Assembly: GCF_018336915.1 (NCBI RefSeq) | Contig: NZ_CP064923.1 | Coordinates: forward strand, 3,210,001 to 3,242,000 | Direction: 5' to 3' | DNA: 32,000 nt | Origin: Acaryochloris marina S15 | GTDB taxonomy: Bacteria; Cyanobacteriota; Cyanobacteriia; Thermosynechococcales; Thermosynechococcaceae | Part shown: positions 1-8,660 of the stretch, piece after piece | Numbering within the stretch: the first letter of the stretch is position 1 | Layout: each line of letters opens with the position of its first letter | Program-made: the position numbers and the translations under genes | Notes under the pieces: model-generated | The model's input: the letters and a program-made list of their open reading frames with translations, nothing else | Database searches by the model: none | What the model was told of the DNA's origin: nothing

Positions 1-1382
1 GGATTTACCCAGGCCATGCTGCTGTAGCTGAGAAGTTTGGTTGGAGTAAAGGGAATGTTTTTGGCTGACACTATCTAAATAACAGTTATGAATAGGGCAA
101 TAAATTGCTCTGCGTTTGGAGCGTTTCCGATTGCGATCGCACCTTCTCCCCAAATTCGGCCTCCTTTGCGCGTAAATACATCATTTGCGGCATCGCAAGG
201 TTCGTGTTTTGAGGCTGAGATCAGTCTGACCATCGAAGCCCCAGAAACAAGTAATTTCATATTATTCAGTTCAGTCTAATTAAGTGCTAACTAGAAGGCA
301 GCCTCTTTCAGATCGAGGGAACTTCCAGTAGAGCGAAGCGAGAGGAATGTGACCAATCTCAAGCTAAAGTATATTGCCAAAATCTGGCAAAAAAAGACAG
401 ATAAACTCTATTTGATTACACGTGTCAGACATATTTCCCCCTATGAATCGTCAAGCCGACAGATGTGAATAATTAATTGAGATAGTTCCCTATGGACTTA
501 GAACATTATCATGCTTATCAAAACTAAATATTCATCTTAAGCATCAGAAAAAACTAATTTTAATGATTTTCATCTATCTAATTAATTATTGCCGTTGAAA
601 GCATAGCATGCATTTTTTATTTTGTTAACCAATAGAAGTCATATTAAGTCATATCTACAATGAAATTTAAAGTAATAGTCAAAAAATCCTCCAAACTAGC
701 TTTTTAGCAGAAATTCGGCGAATTTATTCTATCTAAGGCACTCAAATATGACATATACAACTATTCTGACAGATCTATTATTACAATAATTGTGATTTGT
801 GATACAAGTCAATATTCCTTAGAAATAGAATAAAAACTTGTCTCGTTCTTATTCTAAATATTTCTCCAATGCAGACTTAAAATCGTAGCTTCATAGATTT
901 ATATTTTCTGTAAAACAAGATTTCAAGGATGTTTAGAGACTATATTTTTAAACTCATTGTCCTGAATCTAAGGGGAAACACTAGCATTAACCCTTAAAAA
1001 AATATATCCAGGCAACAAAGTATCAAAAATATTCTATAGGAAGATAATATTGAGCACCCTGTTTGTTAATCAACTAATCATTGAATAACTCATTTATACA
1101 AATAGATTATCTTCAATACCAATAATCTTTTTCTCAAATATGTCACCTCCTTTTTTTCATCGAACATACCCATAACTCAATGCAGTTGAGAATTATGGAA
1201 AACTCTGGCATGACAACCAAGGTTTATACATTCTGAGTCCCTGAGTTATACTCGTTACTCAAGGTAAATTCACCATATTGCGAAAGAAAACAGAGTCCCT
1301 ACCTTGTTAGGTTGACGGCTGGACGGGATATCGATCTCTCCTGTAAGGGAACTATGAAGTTAGTGAATGGAGATTATTAACC

Positions 1383-2354
1383 ATGCGAGTTCTGGTTACA
1401 GGTGCAGCTGGTTTTATTGGTTACCACTTATCTCAACGCCTTTTGCTAGACGGAGCACAGGTATTGGGAATCGACAATCTCAATGACTACTATGCAGTCG
1501 ATCTCAAAACGTCACGACTCGCTCAATTGGAATCCAATCCTAATTTCCAGTTCCAACGCCTAGATCTCAGCGATCGCAACGGTATGGAAACACTTTTTGA
1601 GAGCAATACGTTTGATGGTGTGATTCATTTAGCTGCTCAGGCTGGAGTTCGCTATTCTCTGGAAAACCCCCATGCTTATTTAGACAGTAACCTGGTGGGC
1701 TTCCTACATATTCTTGAAGGCTGTCGCCACAGCAAAATAGCCCATCTGGTTTACGCTTCTTCTAGCTCTGTGTACGGTGCCAATAAGAAAGTCCCCTTTT
1801 CCGTAGAAGACAATGTGGACCATCCCGTCTCTTTATATGCCGCCACCAAGAAATCCAATGAGTTAATGGCCCATTCCTATAGCCATTTATATCAAATACC
1901 GATTACCGGACTACGATTCTTTACGGTATATGGCCCCTGGGGACGACCCGATATGGCTTACTTCAAGTTTGTAGATGCGATCTCAAATAACAAATCCATC
2001 GATGTTTACAACCATGGAAAAATGCAGCGAGATTTTACCTATATAGATGATGTAGTAGAAGGCATTATCCGAGTTCTCCATCAACCTCCAAACCTAGATA
2101 CCACAACCCCTCCTTATAAGCTCTACAACATTGGCAACAACCAACCCGTAACGCTGATGCGTTTTATTGAAGTCATTGAGACTGCCATGGGCAAAGCAGC
2201 AGAGAAAAACTTTTTACCCATGCAGCCTGGAGATGTACCGGCAACCTATGCAGATGTGGATGCCTTAATGAATGACGTTGGATTTCAACCCAAAACCCCA
2301 ATCGAAGAAGGGATTCAAAAATTTGTAACTTGGTATCGCAGCTATTATCAATAG
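1383..2354 (+). CDS. NAD-dependent extended-SDR sugar-nucleotide epimerase, most like UDP-glucuronate 4-epimerase
   Basis: 323-aa ORF. It has an N-terminal Rossmann motif (VTGAAGFIGYH) and the catalytic YxxxK (YAATKKS). Length and overall sequence resemble Cap1J/LpsL-type UDP-GlcA 4-epimerases. Substrate is inferred from resemblance only. Confidence 0.8.
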   Translation: MRVLVTGAAGFIGYHLSQRLLLDGAQVLGIDNLNDYYAVDLKTSRLAQLESNPNFQFQRLDLSDRNGMETLFESNTFDGVIHLAAQAGVRYSLENPHAYLDSNLVGFLHILEGCRHSKIAHLVYASSSSVYGANKKVPFSVEDNVDHPVSLYAATKKSNELMAHSYSHLYQIPITGLRFFTVYGPWGRPDMAYFKFVDAISNNKSIDVYNHGKMQRDFTYIDDVVEGIIRVLHQPPNLDTTTPPYKLYNIGNNQPVTLMRFIEVIETAMGKAAEKNFLPMQPGDVPATYADVDALMNDVGFQPKTPIEEGIQKFVTWYRSYYQ

Positions 2355-2831
2355 CGATATTCAAACATGAATAGATATCTCTCTGTTTTTCTATATCTGC
2401 CAGAAGCTTCAGCAAAGATCGTGAATTGACTCTAATGAGATCAGGGTGGAATCAGATCTTGGCGAAATGCGACATACTTTTGGCAAGTTGTTAGTTGATC
2501 ATTTTCGGCTTTAGGTTGTAATTCTTGAGCCCTGCGGCTTAGATCTTGACAGTGCAAATTGAGGCCCATTGCTGATGGGTGAACGGTCAACCCATATCAG
2601 TTCTTATCTAAATCACAGAATTCCATCAGGAGAACCTCAGTCTCTTTGATTAGCTTAGTAAGCATCAAGGGTAAATCGCTTACTCCAAAAAACAAATACG
2701 CCACCGTTATCTGTCTCAAAGCGCATGTCGATAGCAACTTACTATCCGTTATCCAATATATGCCCCTAACCCATGCGATGGACTCTGACGATGGGAAACA
2801 CGCTGCCACTAAAATACTCAACCCTAAAACA

Positions 2832-3206
2832 ATGAACCCCCATATATTGCTAGTTGAAGATGAAGTCAGAATTGCTCAGCTCGTTGAACTGGAATTGTCC
2901 GATGCAGGGTATCAAGTCAATATTGCCCATGATGGCCAAGTCGGTCTAGAACTTGCCCAGGCTATCCAACCGGATGCCATCGTGTTGGATTGGACATTGC
3001 CAAATTTGACGGGCTTAGAAATATGCCAACAACTGCGAGCCGCCGGAAATGCTGTTCCCATTGTGTTTGCTACCGCCATGGATGATCCGCCCCACCGTCA
3101 AGCCGCAATGGCTGCAGGTGCTAATGCCTATGTGGTCAAACCCTACAGTATTCATGATTTAATGGAGACCCTTACAGCTCAGCTCCCCGCCTGCGTTGCC
3201 GCGTAG
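2832..3206 (+). CDS. Single-domain CheY-like response regulator (receiver only)
   Basis: The ORF track gives 2646..3206, but receiver-domain similarity begins at MNPHILLVEDE (ATG at 2832). The phospho-acceptor context is IVLDWTLP and the conserved Lys is in YVVKPY. There is no output domain. The start at 2832 is inferred; the ATG at 2778 is an alternative. Confidence 0.85.
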   Translation: MNPHILLVEDEVRIAQLVELELSDAGYQVNIAHDGQVGLELAQAIQPDAIVLDWTLPNLTGLEICQQLRAAGNAVPIVFATAMDDPPHRQAAMAAGANAYVVKPYSIHDLMETLTAQLPACVAA

Positions 3207-3211
3207 AAACG

Positions 3212-5392
3212 CTATGGAGATTTGACTGTGGGTAAAGACACGGTGACGGTAGTACCACTGACAGCTGAAGACTGAATCACTAACTCGCCGCCATGGGTTT
3301 CCACGATCCGCTTGGTAATGGCTAGTCCCAAACCATTTCCAGATGACTTAGTGGTAAAAAATGGCTTCGTCAACTGGGGAAGCACATCTGCTGGAATCGG
3401 ATCGCCCCCATTATTGACCGCAATTTTGACCTGATCTTGCAGCGCTACAATCTGAACTTGCCAACTAATGGGCTCGCCTTGGGGAACAGCTTCACAGGCA
3501 TTACTGACTAAATTAATAAAAACTTGCTTCAGTTTATCGATATCGGCTTCCACCCAAGCTGGCTCAGAAGCAGGCATCAGTTGAATGGGACGATCTTCGG
3601 CACTGGGCATTTCTTGTAAGGTAGGCAGCATATCGGCAAAAAACTGATTCAGCTCCACTGCGGTTGTATCTAATTTTTGCTGTTTGGCATAGAGCAAAAT
3701 TTCATTCAGGAGCCGTTGCAGTCGTTCTGACTCCTCTAAAGCCAACTGCAATCGCAGTTTGGCCCGGTCTGGTAAGTCCATGCGCTGAAAAGAGTTCAAT
3801 CCCATCAGCACGGTTGTCAAAGGATTACGAACTTCATGGACAATCATGGCAGCCAGCTCACCAATTTCGGCGAGTCGCTCTCGATCCTTTTCCGCTTGTC
3901 GTCGCTCCGTAATATCTCGCGCTAGGGCCAGAAGTAACTGTTCTTCTCCCGCTTCAAATAACCCTAACCGAACTTCGACTGGAAACTGGCTGCCATCTTT
4001 GCGCTGATGAGTGCCAATAAAAGTGAGGGGATCTTTGGGCAACAGTCGCTGCCATAGATTCGCAAAATCGTCGTCTGACAAACTCTTTTGGATATCGGGT
4101 ACGCGGCGTTGTAGTAACTCGTCACGGACATACCCCAAGTTGGCACAGGCCTGTTGGTTGACATCTACAAACTGTCCCTGTTCATTGACGACGTAAATGG
4201 CATCAACGGCCTGGTCTACCAGCATCCGAAATCGGACTTCGCTTGCCTCTAATGCAATCTCGGCTTCTTTGCGCTCGGTAATGTCATTGATGACAGAGAG
4301 AATACAGTCTTGGTCATTAACCTTTAGCTGTTCGGAGGAATAGAGGACCGTCTTTTCTTTGCCGTTGCGATCGCACAGTCGATACTCATAATTGCGAATA
4401 ATGCCATCCTTGAGAATGGCCTGAATCATTTGCATCCGATCCGTTGGATCTGCCCATAGATCAAGTTCTAAGCTGCTCCGACCTAACACCTCTGAAGCCG
4501 TCAACCCAAACAAGTCCAAAAAGCTGTCATTCACTTCCACCAGACGACCATCTTCAAGGGTGCTCATGGTGATGGGGTTAGGGCTGGCCCGAAAGGCTTT
4601 GGAAAATTTCTCTTCTGATAACCTGAGGTCAGATTCTGCCTGCTGCCGTGATGCGATCGCATCGCGAATCTGATTAAACATCTGCTCGAAAGCTTGGATC
4701 ACATCCCCCAGTTCATCATCCGGGGGATTCTGGGTGGATTCAAATTCTGGCGGTGCACTTCCCGGTGGCGTTGCTAAGAATGTCCCCGCTTGGAGAAGAT
4801 CTTTGCGCAGCTGCAAGATGGGCGCAATCACAAAGGACTGCAGAACAATCATGGTGGCTAAGGACACAAACAGGGAAATAATGACGACCAGGCCAATGAT
4901 CCGAGCAATAAACTGATTGAGTTCGTTTTGGACATTGCTGGCATCGTGGCGAACAATCAGCACATATTTATCGAGCAAGGGCATGGGCCAGGTGGCATCG
5001 TATCGTTGTTGCGATCGATTGAGGAATGTTTCTTCTGACCGCCGGGTGACCTGCTCAAAAGTAAGCTCGGGCTGCTCACCAAACTCCCCCACTTTGGTGC
5101 CATCGGTGCGAAAGAGTATCCCACCCGTCACGGCTGGATTTTGTTCAATCACCTCAAGTTTGTCTAGGACCGTTTGATCGGTGATTTCATTTTCTTCATT
5201 GGCTAGTACACCTGTGGCTTTTGCGGCAGAAATATCGGTGAGATGTTTGAGGAGTTCGGCTTCGCGCCGGTAAACGGAAGGGATAAGAATAACGGCTTCA
5301 ATCGCAATAATGCTCAGAAAGACCCATAACTCAATTCGTCGTGAGAGACGGGCTTGGAAAAGTTGGGTAAAGGGAGAAAACCGAAAGGGCAC
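3212..5392 (-). CDS. Membrane sensor histidine kinase with two PAS-like domains
   Basis: 726-aa ORF. Two hydrophobic helices (near residues 20-40 and 165-190) flank a putative extracytoplasmic region. Two PAS-like segments end in NDITERKEAE and ARDITERRQAE. H-box is MIVHEVRNPL, N-box is NLVSNACEA, and the G-box is GNGLGLAI. Confidence 0.9.
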   Translation of the reverse strand: MPFRFSPFTQLFQARLSRRIELWVFLSIIAIEAVILIPSVYRREAELLKHLTDISAAKATGVLANEENEITDQTVLDKLEVIEQNPAVTGGILFRTDGTKVGEFGEQPELTFEQVTRRSEETFLNRSQQRYDATWPMPLLDKYVLIVRHDASNVQNELNQFIARIIGLVVIISLFVSLATMIVLQSFVIAPILQLRKDLLQAGTFLATPPGSAPPEFESTQNPPDDELGDVIQAFEQMFNQIRDAIASRQQAESDLRLSEEKFSKAFRASPNPITMSTLEDGRLVEVNDSFLDLFGLTASEVLGRSSLELDLWADPTDRMQMIQAILKDGIIRNYEYRLCDRNGKEKTVLYSSEQLKVNDQDCILSVINDITERKEAEIALEASEVRFRMLVDQAVDAIYVVNEQGQFVDVNQQACANLGYVRDELLQRRVPDIQKSLSDDDFANLWQRLLPKDPLTFIGTHQRKDGSQFPVEVRLGLFEAGEEQLLLALARDITERRQAEKDRERLAEIGELAAMIVHEVRNPLTTVLMGLNSFQRMDLPDRAKLRLQLALEESERLQRLLNEILLYAKQQKLDTTAVELNQFFADMLPTLQEMPSAEDRPIQLMPASEPAWVEADIDKLKQVFINLVSNACEAVPQGEPISWQVQIVALQDQVKIAVNNGGDPIPADVLPQLTKPFFTTKSSGNGLGLAITKRIVETHGGELVIQSSAVSGTTVTVSLPTVKSP

Positions 5393-5548
5393 TACAACGC
5401 TCAGCTAAAACTGATTCTCATTATCCCTGCTAGGGGGCTGGGTTTTATGAGTATCGAATTGGCATTAGCCTGCGAGAATCGATCCAATCCAAACTAATTC
5501 ACTTATAAATCACCTTAAGCTCTCCCAAACAACCATGCAGTAGAGACT

Positions 5549-6016
5549 CTAAGCATCTAGAGGAATATCTTCCCAATCTTCTGCTGGCGTATATCTTGCG
5601 ATGTGTTTGACATTTTTGGTGACAACCCTAGAGGGTAGTGAGTTCTCTTGAGCAATCACAATAGATGTAGCAGCCAAAATGACATCTGCATCTAATGCTT
5701 CATTACTTGCTGTTTGTTGTCCAGTTTGTCTAGCCCAAGCCCAAAGCTGACTTGCTTTCCTCATTATTTCTGTTGAGATCGGGATGTAAGCCAAGTTGAG
5801 AGATCCATCCAATCGACAAAACTCATCTAAGCGCTGTACGCTCTTGGGTCTATCCAGCCTTAACAGTTCGCGGCGGACTTCATAATAGGCAATTTCTGGA
5901 ATGGCAATGATATGACCCATTTGAACTGCCTTTTTTAGCCACTGGCTTAATATCACATGCTCTTGATTGGGATTAGTAAGCTGACTCAATGGACTACTGT
6001 CCAAGACAAAGATCAT
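5549..6016 (-). CDS. PIN-domain ribonuclease (VapC-like toxin)
   Basis: 155-aa ORF with the PIN acidic signature in the usual order: N-terminal VLDSS, central PEIAYYEVRRE, later DADVILAAT, and C-terminal TKNVKHIARY. Its start overlaps the stop of the upstream ORF in an ATGA at 6013..6016. Confidence 0.8.
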   Translation of the reverse strand: MIFVLDSSPLSQLTNPNQEHVILSQWLKKAVQMGHIIAIPEIAYYEVRRELLRLDRPKSVQRLDEFCRLDGSLNLAYIPISTEIMRKASQLWAWARQTGQQTASNEALDADVILAATSIVIAQENSLPSRVVTKNVKHIARYTPAEDWEDIPLDA

Positions 6017-6414
6017 GAGCCAAATATTTCTGCAACCAAAGTCGATGAGTCATACATCTCTTGCTCATCGAATCGTTCGTGCCATGAAGCGAACAAATCA
6101 TCTAGAGCTGAGATTGTAGCCTTGACTCTCTCATTGCTATCGATTATTCCCTGCACTGCTTGAAGATATACCTTTAATCTCTGAATATCTTCTGAGGATA
6201 AAAATTCAGCATATCTGTCTCTAAAGCTTTTCAAGCAACTAGCGATTTCTACTATAGCTTTCGCATGTTCTTCAGGATTAGTGATTTGAGAATACGCTTG
6301 TGCACGCTCTCCCATCGAGCACCATTCTGAATCAGCCATTTTTCTGATGTCATCTGGGATACCAGTAAACTCTAAGGAGTCAGTAAAAGTATTCGAAGCT
6401 AGTTCGACAACCAT
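6013..6414 (-). CDS. Hypothetical 133-aa protein, putative cognate antitoxin of the PIN toxin
   Basis: The ORF sits immediately upstream of the PIN gene on the same strand with a 4-bp ATGA overlap, which suggests translational coupling. The sequence looks predominantly helical and acidic. I recognise no AbrB, RHH, Phd or HTH motif. The antitoxin function is inferred only from position. Confidence 0.5.
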   Translation of the reverse strand: MVVELASNTFTDSLEFTGIPDDIRKMADSEWCSMGERAQAYSQITNPEEHAKAIVEIASCLKSFRDRYAEFLSSEDIQRLKVYLQAVQGIIDSNERVKATISALDDLFASWHERFDEQEMYDSSTLVAEIFGS

Positions 6415-6613
6415 AGAAAATAGAATTTTCGTACTCTGCTCCCATCTTTACATACCTAATTCAGATCCTCACACCATGTTGAGGTCTGAGTTCAAAGACT
6501 CCCACTGCAACGTTTTCCAACAACAAGAAATTAACCTTAGAATCCAATTGAGGCTGGACCGTTCAGATTTAATCTAATGAGGGCATAAATAGTGAAGTGT
6601 TAGAGGAGCAGTG

Positions 6614-7192
6614 ATGTCTCACATGAATATCAAGCGCATAGTGGTGGGTTGCATAGGTGCGATCGCAACCACAATCACCCTATACACAACCCCCGTATCA
6701 GCCAATGAACTGACCGAAGTGTTAGCGGATACCCCCATGCAGCTTCAACTTAAAACCCTAGACAGAAGCTGGCAGCGGCTGAGTTTGAACCAAGAGTCCT
6801 TGGGACCCGCAATGCTATTTGGTATGTCAGGGCTTCTCGAATCTGCCTTGAGAACCAATATCTATTACACCCAAGGCCAAACCATTACCCTGGGCAAGCA
6901 AAAATATCTTGTGACCTACCGTCCTGAAGGCAGTGGTATGACGCTGACTGAATTACTCAAAAGCAACCGAAATCGGTCTCCAGAATCTCTAATCAAAGCA
7001 CTTACACCCGATACACCGCTTGTGCTCTCTTTGATTAATCTTGCTAAGATCGAGAGCCTCCAAGACATTCAGCCCTTTGACCTACAAAAAGAAATCAGAG
7101 AGTCTAAGGAAGCCATTCCTGAAGACACCAAATCAAAGGATAAACCCAAAGTATCTCCTGAGCCCACTCAGCCTTCGTCTAAATCCAAATAG
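6614..7192 (+). CDS. Secreted hypothetical protein with a Lys/Pro/Ser-rich C-terminal tail
   Basis: AGGAG at 6604..6608 lies 5 nt before the ATG at 6614; the track starts at the GTG at 6611. The N-terminal signal-peptide-like segment is IVVGCIGAIATTITLYTTPVSA/NE. I recognise no domain. Confidence 0.6.
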   Translation: MSHMNIKRIVVGCIGAIATTITLYTTPVSANELTEVLADTPMQLQLKTLDRSWQRLSLNQESLGPAMLFGMSGLLESALRTNIYYTQGQTITLGKQKYLVTYRPEGSGMTLTELLKSNRNRSPESLIKALTPDTPLVLSLINLAKIESLQDIQPFDLQKEIRESKEAIPEDTKSKDKPKVSPEPTQPSSKSK

Positions 7193-7258
7193 CGGTTGGG
7201 TTACCATACCCTAATTGAGCGGTTTCCATTACCTTAGAAACAGTTCATTTTTTCATCT

Positions 7259-8440
7259 ATGGTAACCCAACCCCAACCTCGCTACTCCGTTCAGTGGTTT
7301 GAGCAGATTGGACAGATTTCACAGCAAGCTTGGGATGATTTGGCTATCCCCTTAAAAACGCCCTTTTTAGAGTGGCACTGGCTCAATAATTTGGAGACGT
7401 CTGGCAGCGCGATCGCCCGCACAGGATGGTTACCCCAACACCTCACCGTCTGGCGGGATCAGACCCTGGTGGCAGCGGCCCCACTCTATGTCAAAGGCCA
7501 TAGCTATGGTGAGTTTGTGTTTGATCACCAGTGGGCAGATGTGGCCTACCGCATGGGGATTGAATATTACCCCAAACTCTTGGGGATGACCCCCTTTACC
7601 CCTGCGGAGGGCTATCGGTTTCTAATCGCCCCGGACGAAGATGAAGACATGCTGACTGGGTTGATGGTCCAGGTGATTGATGGCTTTTGCGCCCAGAACA
7701 ATTTATCGGGCTGCCATTTCTTATTTGTCGATCCAGACTGGCAACCTGTGATTGAACGCCATGGGTTTAAGGGGTGGCTGCATCACAGCTATATCTGGCA
7801 GAATGAGGGCTTTTCCACCTTTGACGATTATCTTGGGGCATTCAATGCCAATCAACGCCGCAACATTAAACGGGAACGCAAAAGTATTGCCAAGGCGGGA
7901 TTAGAACTCCGAACCTATCAAGGAGATGAGATTCCCGATTTTCTCTATGGGCGGATGCACCACTATTACGAAGACACGTGTGAAAAGTTTATGTGGGGCA
8001 GTAAGTATCTGACCCGACGATTTTTCCTAGATCTGCAATCCACCTATGGGGATCGGGTTATCTTTGTAGCGGCTTATCCAGAGGGAGAGATTCAACAACC
8101 CGTAGGAATGTCTTTTTGCTTAACGAAGGGTGAGCAGCTTTATGGTCGTTATTGGGGCAGCGATCAGGAGTTTGACTGCTTACATTTTGAGGCTTGCTAT
8201 TATTCGCCCATTGAATGGGCAGTCGCTCAAGGGATTCAGCGATTTGATCCGGGGGCAGGGGGCAGGCATAAAAAAAGGCGGGGGTTTCGAGCAACACCAA
8301 ACTACAGCTTGCATCGATTCTATAGACCTCGTCTTCAACAAATTTTTCATCACTATATTGATGAAATTAATGAGGATGAACAGCGAGAGATTGACCATAT
8401 TAATCAGGAGTTACCTTTCAAGCAGAAAACTGAATCCTGA
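7259..8440 (+). CDS. DUF482 / FemAB-like (GNAT-fold) acyltransferase family protein
   Basis: 393-aa ORF. Its length and N-terminal pattern (WDDLA...PFLEWHWLNNLETSGS) resemble the COG3146/DUF482 family often annotated as a peptidoglycan-biosynthesis/recognition GNAT protein. This is recognition by resemblance only. Confidence 0.6.
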   Translation: MVTQPQPRYSVQWFEQIGQISQQAWDDLAIPLKTPFLEWHWLNNLETSGSAIARTGWLPQHLTVWRDQTLVAAAPLYVKGHSYGEFVFDHQWADVAYRMGIEYYPKLLGMTPFTPAEGYRFLIAPDEDEDMLTGLMVQVIDGFCAQNNLSGCHFLFVDPDWQPVIERHGFKGWLHHSYIWQNEGFSTFDDYLGAFNANQRRNIKRERKSIAKAGLELRTYQGDEIPDFLYGRMHHYYEDTCEKFMWGSKYLTRRFFLDLQSTYGDRVIFVAAYPEGEIQQPVGMSFCLTKGEQLYGRYWGSDQEFDCLHFEACYYSPIEWAVAQGIQRFDPGAGGRHKKRRGFRATPNYSLHRFYRPRLQQIFHHYIDEINEDEQREIDHINQELPFKQKTES

Positions 8441-8660
8441 TTCGAACTTGAGTTTTGAGAGGTTTAACAGTCCTGTTCATCCCATAGCCAACGGTAAAAA
8501 AGACCCGTGTCCCTGCAGTTCAGGATGAAAATCCAAGCAATTGCTGTATACAGAGTGGGCGGTTTGACGGTTCATATAGGAGCTACTACTCGCGAGAGTA
8601 GTGAAGTCTAGCCTCCAAAAGTAGAGACCCTGAAATTTTTCATCAGTCTTTCAGTTCTAT

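Noticed and set aside
1-279. Overlapping 61-aa (minus) and 63-aa (plus) ORFs at the left edge. The minus frame stays open past an in-frame TAG at 75..77. A possible plus-strand gene 3-prime end reads ...YPGHAAVAEKFGWSKGNVFG* and ends at 68.
   Set aside because: The two ORFs exclude each other, and neither resembles a family I recognise. The fragment at the window edge is too short (22 codons) to call. It could be a pseudogene or the tail of an upstream gene, but the sequence here does not support that.
2646-2831. 62-codon N-terminal extension of the response-regulator ORF, and the antisense 74-aa ORF at 2597..2821
   Set aside because: Receiver-domain similarity starts at MNPHILLVEDE (2832). 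The extension has no recognisable features, and the two ORFs overlap each other on opposite strands. This looks like non-coding leader sequence.
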